NCBI RefSeq assembly: GCF_041146345.1
Contig: NW_027191408.1
Coordinates: 434,001 to 498,000 of the forward strand
From: Neodothiora populina
Lineage: Eukaryota
Length of the DNA stretch: 64,000 bases
Direction: 5' to 3'
A model generated the notes under the pieces. It saw only the letters and a program-made list of their open reading frames with translations. It was not told the DNA's origin and searched no databases. Below, piece by piece: positions 61,990 to 64,000 of the stretch (the stretch's first letter is position 1; each line of letters opens with the position of its first letter). Made by a program: the position numbers and the translations under genes.

Positions 61990-63600
61990 TCATCGCATGT
62001 GCGAAAGTCGTTGCGCATCGTAGCGAACCGCGAATGGATTATAAGGTCCGGTCATGGGCGGCGCCTGCATGACTGAGGGAGGTGGTGGGAGAGTAGATGT
62101 TCGAGACGCGTTACTGTAGCTAGGCATCTGAGACGTGGGTGGAAGCATCGTGGTAGCAATTGGTTGTGGAAGTGGACCGGCCATATGGCGATCAGCTGAG
62201 CTCGACTGCTGCGGCACTGAGCTGTATACGTGTTGCTGTGGTTGTTGCTGTGGCTGGTCGTTGCCTGGTCCGAATGATTGAAGGGTTGGCGCAGATGCTT
62301 GGGCCATAGGAAAGCTCGAGGTCCTCCTACGGACTCTTCTGTCCATGTCGGGGCTCGTGGGGGTTGCCTCTGCAGGCTGACTGTAAGAAGGTGGAGAGAG
62401 GCCTGTCTGGACAGTCGAGTGGTTGCGGTTTCGTCTGCGCAGACGCGGGGAGGTCGGTCGGGCAGAGAGCTGTCGATCTCCGCCGCTGATACCACGAACG
62501 ATACTGGCGAGGACGTCCCTTTCTTTCTTGTAGAACTCTGCGTCTTCGGAGACCTCCTTGACTTGCTGCTCCAACTTGGATATAGTTGATGCTGCCTCCA
62601 TTTCCTTCTTCTTGCGTCGTTCTCTGAACCTGGCACTTGCACCGGCATTGCGCTTTCGCTTCTCATCTGCGACTCGAGATGCTGCTTGCACATCTACTGG
62701 GAATCTCACATCCCCCTCTGTAGTCTTCAGCGTCATCATTTGATAGGTACTTTGTCCCGCAGATGTCGACACTGGTATAGCTAGTTGTGAACTGCTAGCG
62801 ACCGCTGGTACACTCCTACCCCTACTGGCACTTCTCGAGGGATCACCAACACTCAGATACCCAGAGGCTTGGTCATATCCCGAATAGCCGGTGGGTGAGT
62901 TCTCGTCATAGCCAGAGTAGCCTGGACTTGGGCTTGCGCTGTATCGTTGATATTCAGGGCTCAATCTCCTTGGCAGATCTGAAGGCGGTGGAACTATATT
63001 AGGGTACCCATAGCTCGTCTGATGGGTCGGTGCTGGTGATGCTAACATGGGAGGGGCACCTGAATTGCTTTGCTCCACCATATAAGATCTTGAACGTGGA
63101 GATGATGGGAACGGGTTTTGCTGAGCATTTATGCTGCCATTGGCAGGATTGATATGAGACAAGCTGATTGCCCGACGAATCGGAGACTTCGGTGTGAGCA
63201 CCTTTCTCCCTGCGCGGTCAGCATCCACAAATTGGTTCGAGCCCGGATGTCCGGGGGCATGTGGACCGCCAAGTAGGGGAGGTAGCGTAGCCATTTCGTC
63301 TCGGGATGAAGAAACTTCGTCTGCCTTACGCCTTCTTTGACTCGGGTCATTCTCGACAACAGGGTTCAACACCGAAGGAAGTGTCACCGCACGTTTGCCC
63401 GAAGGAGATGCGCCGCCCGGGGGGATCCCGGGAGGTACTCTCAGAAGAGGCGGAAGTTCGAAACCTCGTGTAGAAGATCCTGCGGATGACTGAGTAGCTG
63501 GCAGCTCCGCTGCTGCTACCGCCCCCGTAGATGCAACTCGCTGATGAGCGGATAGCTGAGAGCTCTTTAAGTAACCTGGTGCAGAAGGGCGCTGGGACAT
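61990..63600 (-). CDS. bZIP transcription factor (fungal Zip1-like subfamily)
   Basis: VDVQAASRVADEKRKRNAGASARFRERRKKKE basic region followed by a heptad zipper; 536 codons. Confidence 0.9.
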   Translation of the reverse strand: MSQRPSAPGYLKSSQLSAHQRVASTGAVAAAELPATQSSAGSSTRGFELPPLLRVPPGIPPGGASPSGKRAVTLPSVLNPVVENDPSQRRRKADEVSSSRDEMATLPPLLGGPHAPGHPGSNQFVDADRAGRKVLTPKSPIRRAISLSHINPANGSINAQQNPFPSSPRSRSYMVEQSNSGAPPMLASPAPTHQTSYGYPNIVPPPSDLPRRLSPEYQRYSASPSPGYSGYDENSPTGYSGYDQASGYLSVGDPSRSASRGRSVPAVASSSQLAIPVSTSAGQSTYQMMTLKTTEGDVRFPVDVQAASRVADEKRKRNAGASARFRERRKKKEMEAASTISKLEQQVKEVSEDAEFYKKERDVLASIVRGISGGDRQLSARPTSPRLRRRNRNHSTVQTGLSPPSYSQPAEATPTSPDMDRRVRRRTSSFPMAQASAPTLQSFGPGNDQPQQQPQQHVYSSVPQQSSSADRHMAGPLPQPIATTMLPPTSQMPSYSNASRTSTLPPPPSVMQAPPMTGPYNPFAVRYDAQRLSHMR

Positions 63601-64000
63601 TAAATCCTTCCCTCGAGCTTGAACACCCTCCCACGATCCAGACCATGAGCGTTGCGTATCGTCTGCGCCTTTCCTATCGGCTTGCCCAAATGCCTGTAGG
63701 AAAGGCGAATCGTGCCGAGGAGGCTGATTCTCCGGGTGAGCTCTATCCAGGTTGTAATGGGTCCTATAACTACTTGGATCGTGAGGGAAGACGTAGGATG
63801 GTCTTGTTGCAAACTGTGATGCCGCCAGTTTGAATGATTGACGTGGAACGGCCGAGCGCCCACGATTGTAATTCCTGGTGGCTTGTCTGATTACGGACTT
63901 GAGGATATATTAGGTAACACCAGGGTAAATCCGGAGATGATAAATCCAAATGCTTTTGGCTATGAATCACTGTGCAGCGTAGACAAGACAAAGTAGGCTT

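Overview
Gene-dense euchromatic window from a filamentous ascomycete. Short GT-AG introns with CTRAC/CTAAT branch sites and the protein sequences point to Pezizomycotina, probably a Dothideomycete (taxonomy is inference). About 26 protein-coding genes were reconstructed by hand. Recognisable ones: SEC31 (5' end), an RRM-only cyclophilin-E-like protein, an NDUFA4/MLRQ-like subunit head-to-head with COX12, DPL1, KRE6/SKN1, ATP5, a Y-family polymerase iota-like gene, an APC-family permease, DSC3, a Dabb protein, ISA1, RVB1, MRP49, GET2, a 2H-phosphoesterase, STE11, an ACT/DUF2241 protein, PRM1 and a Zip1-type bZIP factor. Several hypothetical genes are also present. I found no tRNA, rRNA, CRISPR array or intact transposon, and no clearly new biological system. 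The best leads are: two apparent 3-nt microexons (COX12, MRP49) plus 13- and 16-nt microexons in the NDUFA4-like gene; a degenerate ~200-bp tandem repeat that copies the stop-codon end of the polymerase gene; Ste12-type elements between PRM1 and two unknown ORFs near STE11; a motif-rich 614-nt permease intron; and an overlapping uORF on the bZIP gene. All product calls are from recalled family motifs, not database searches.
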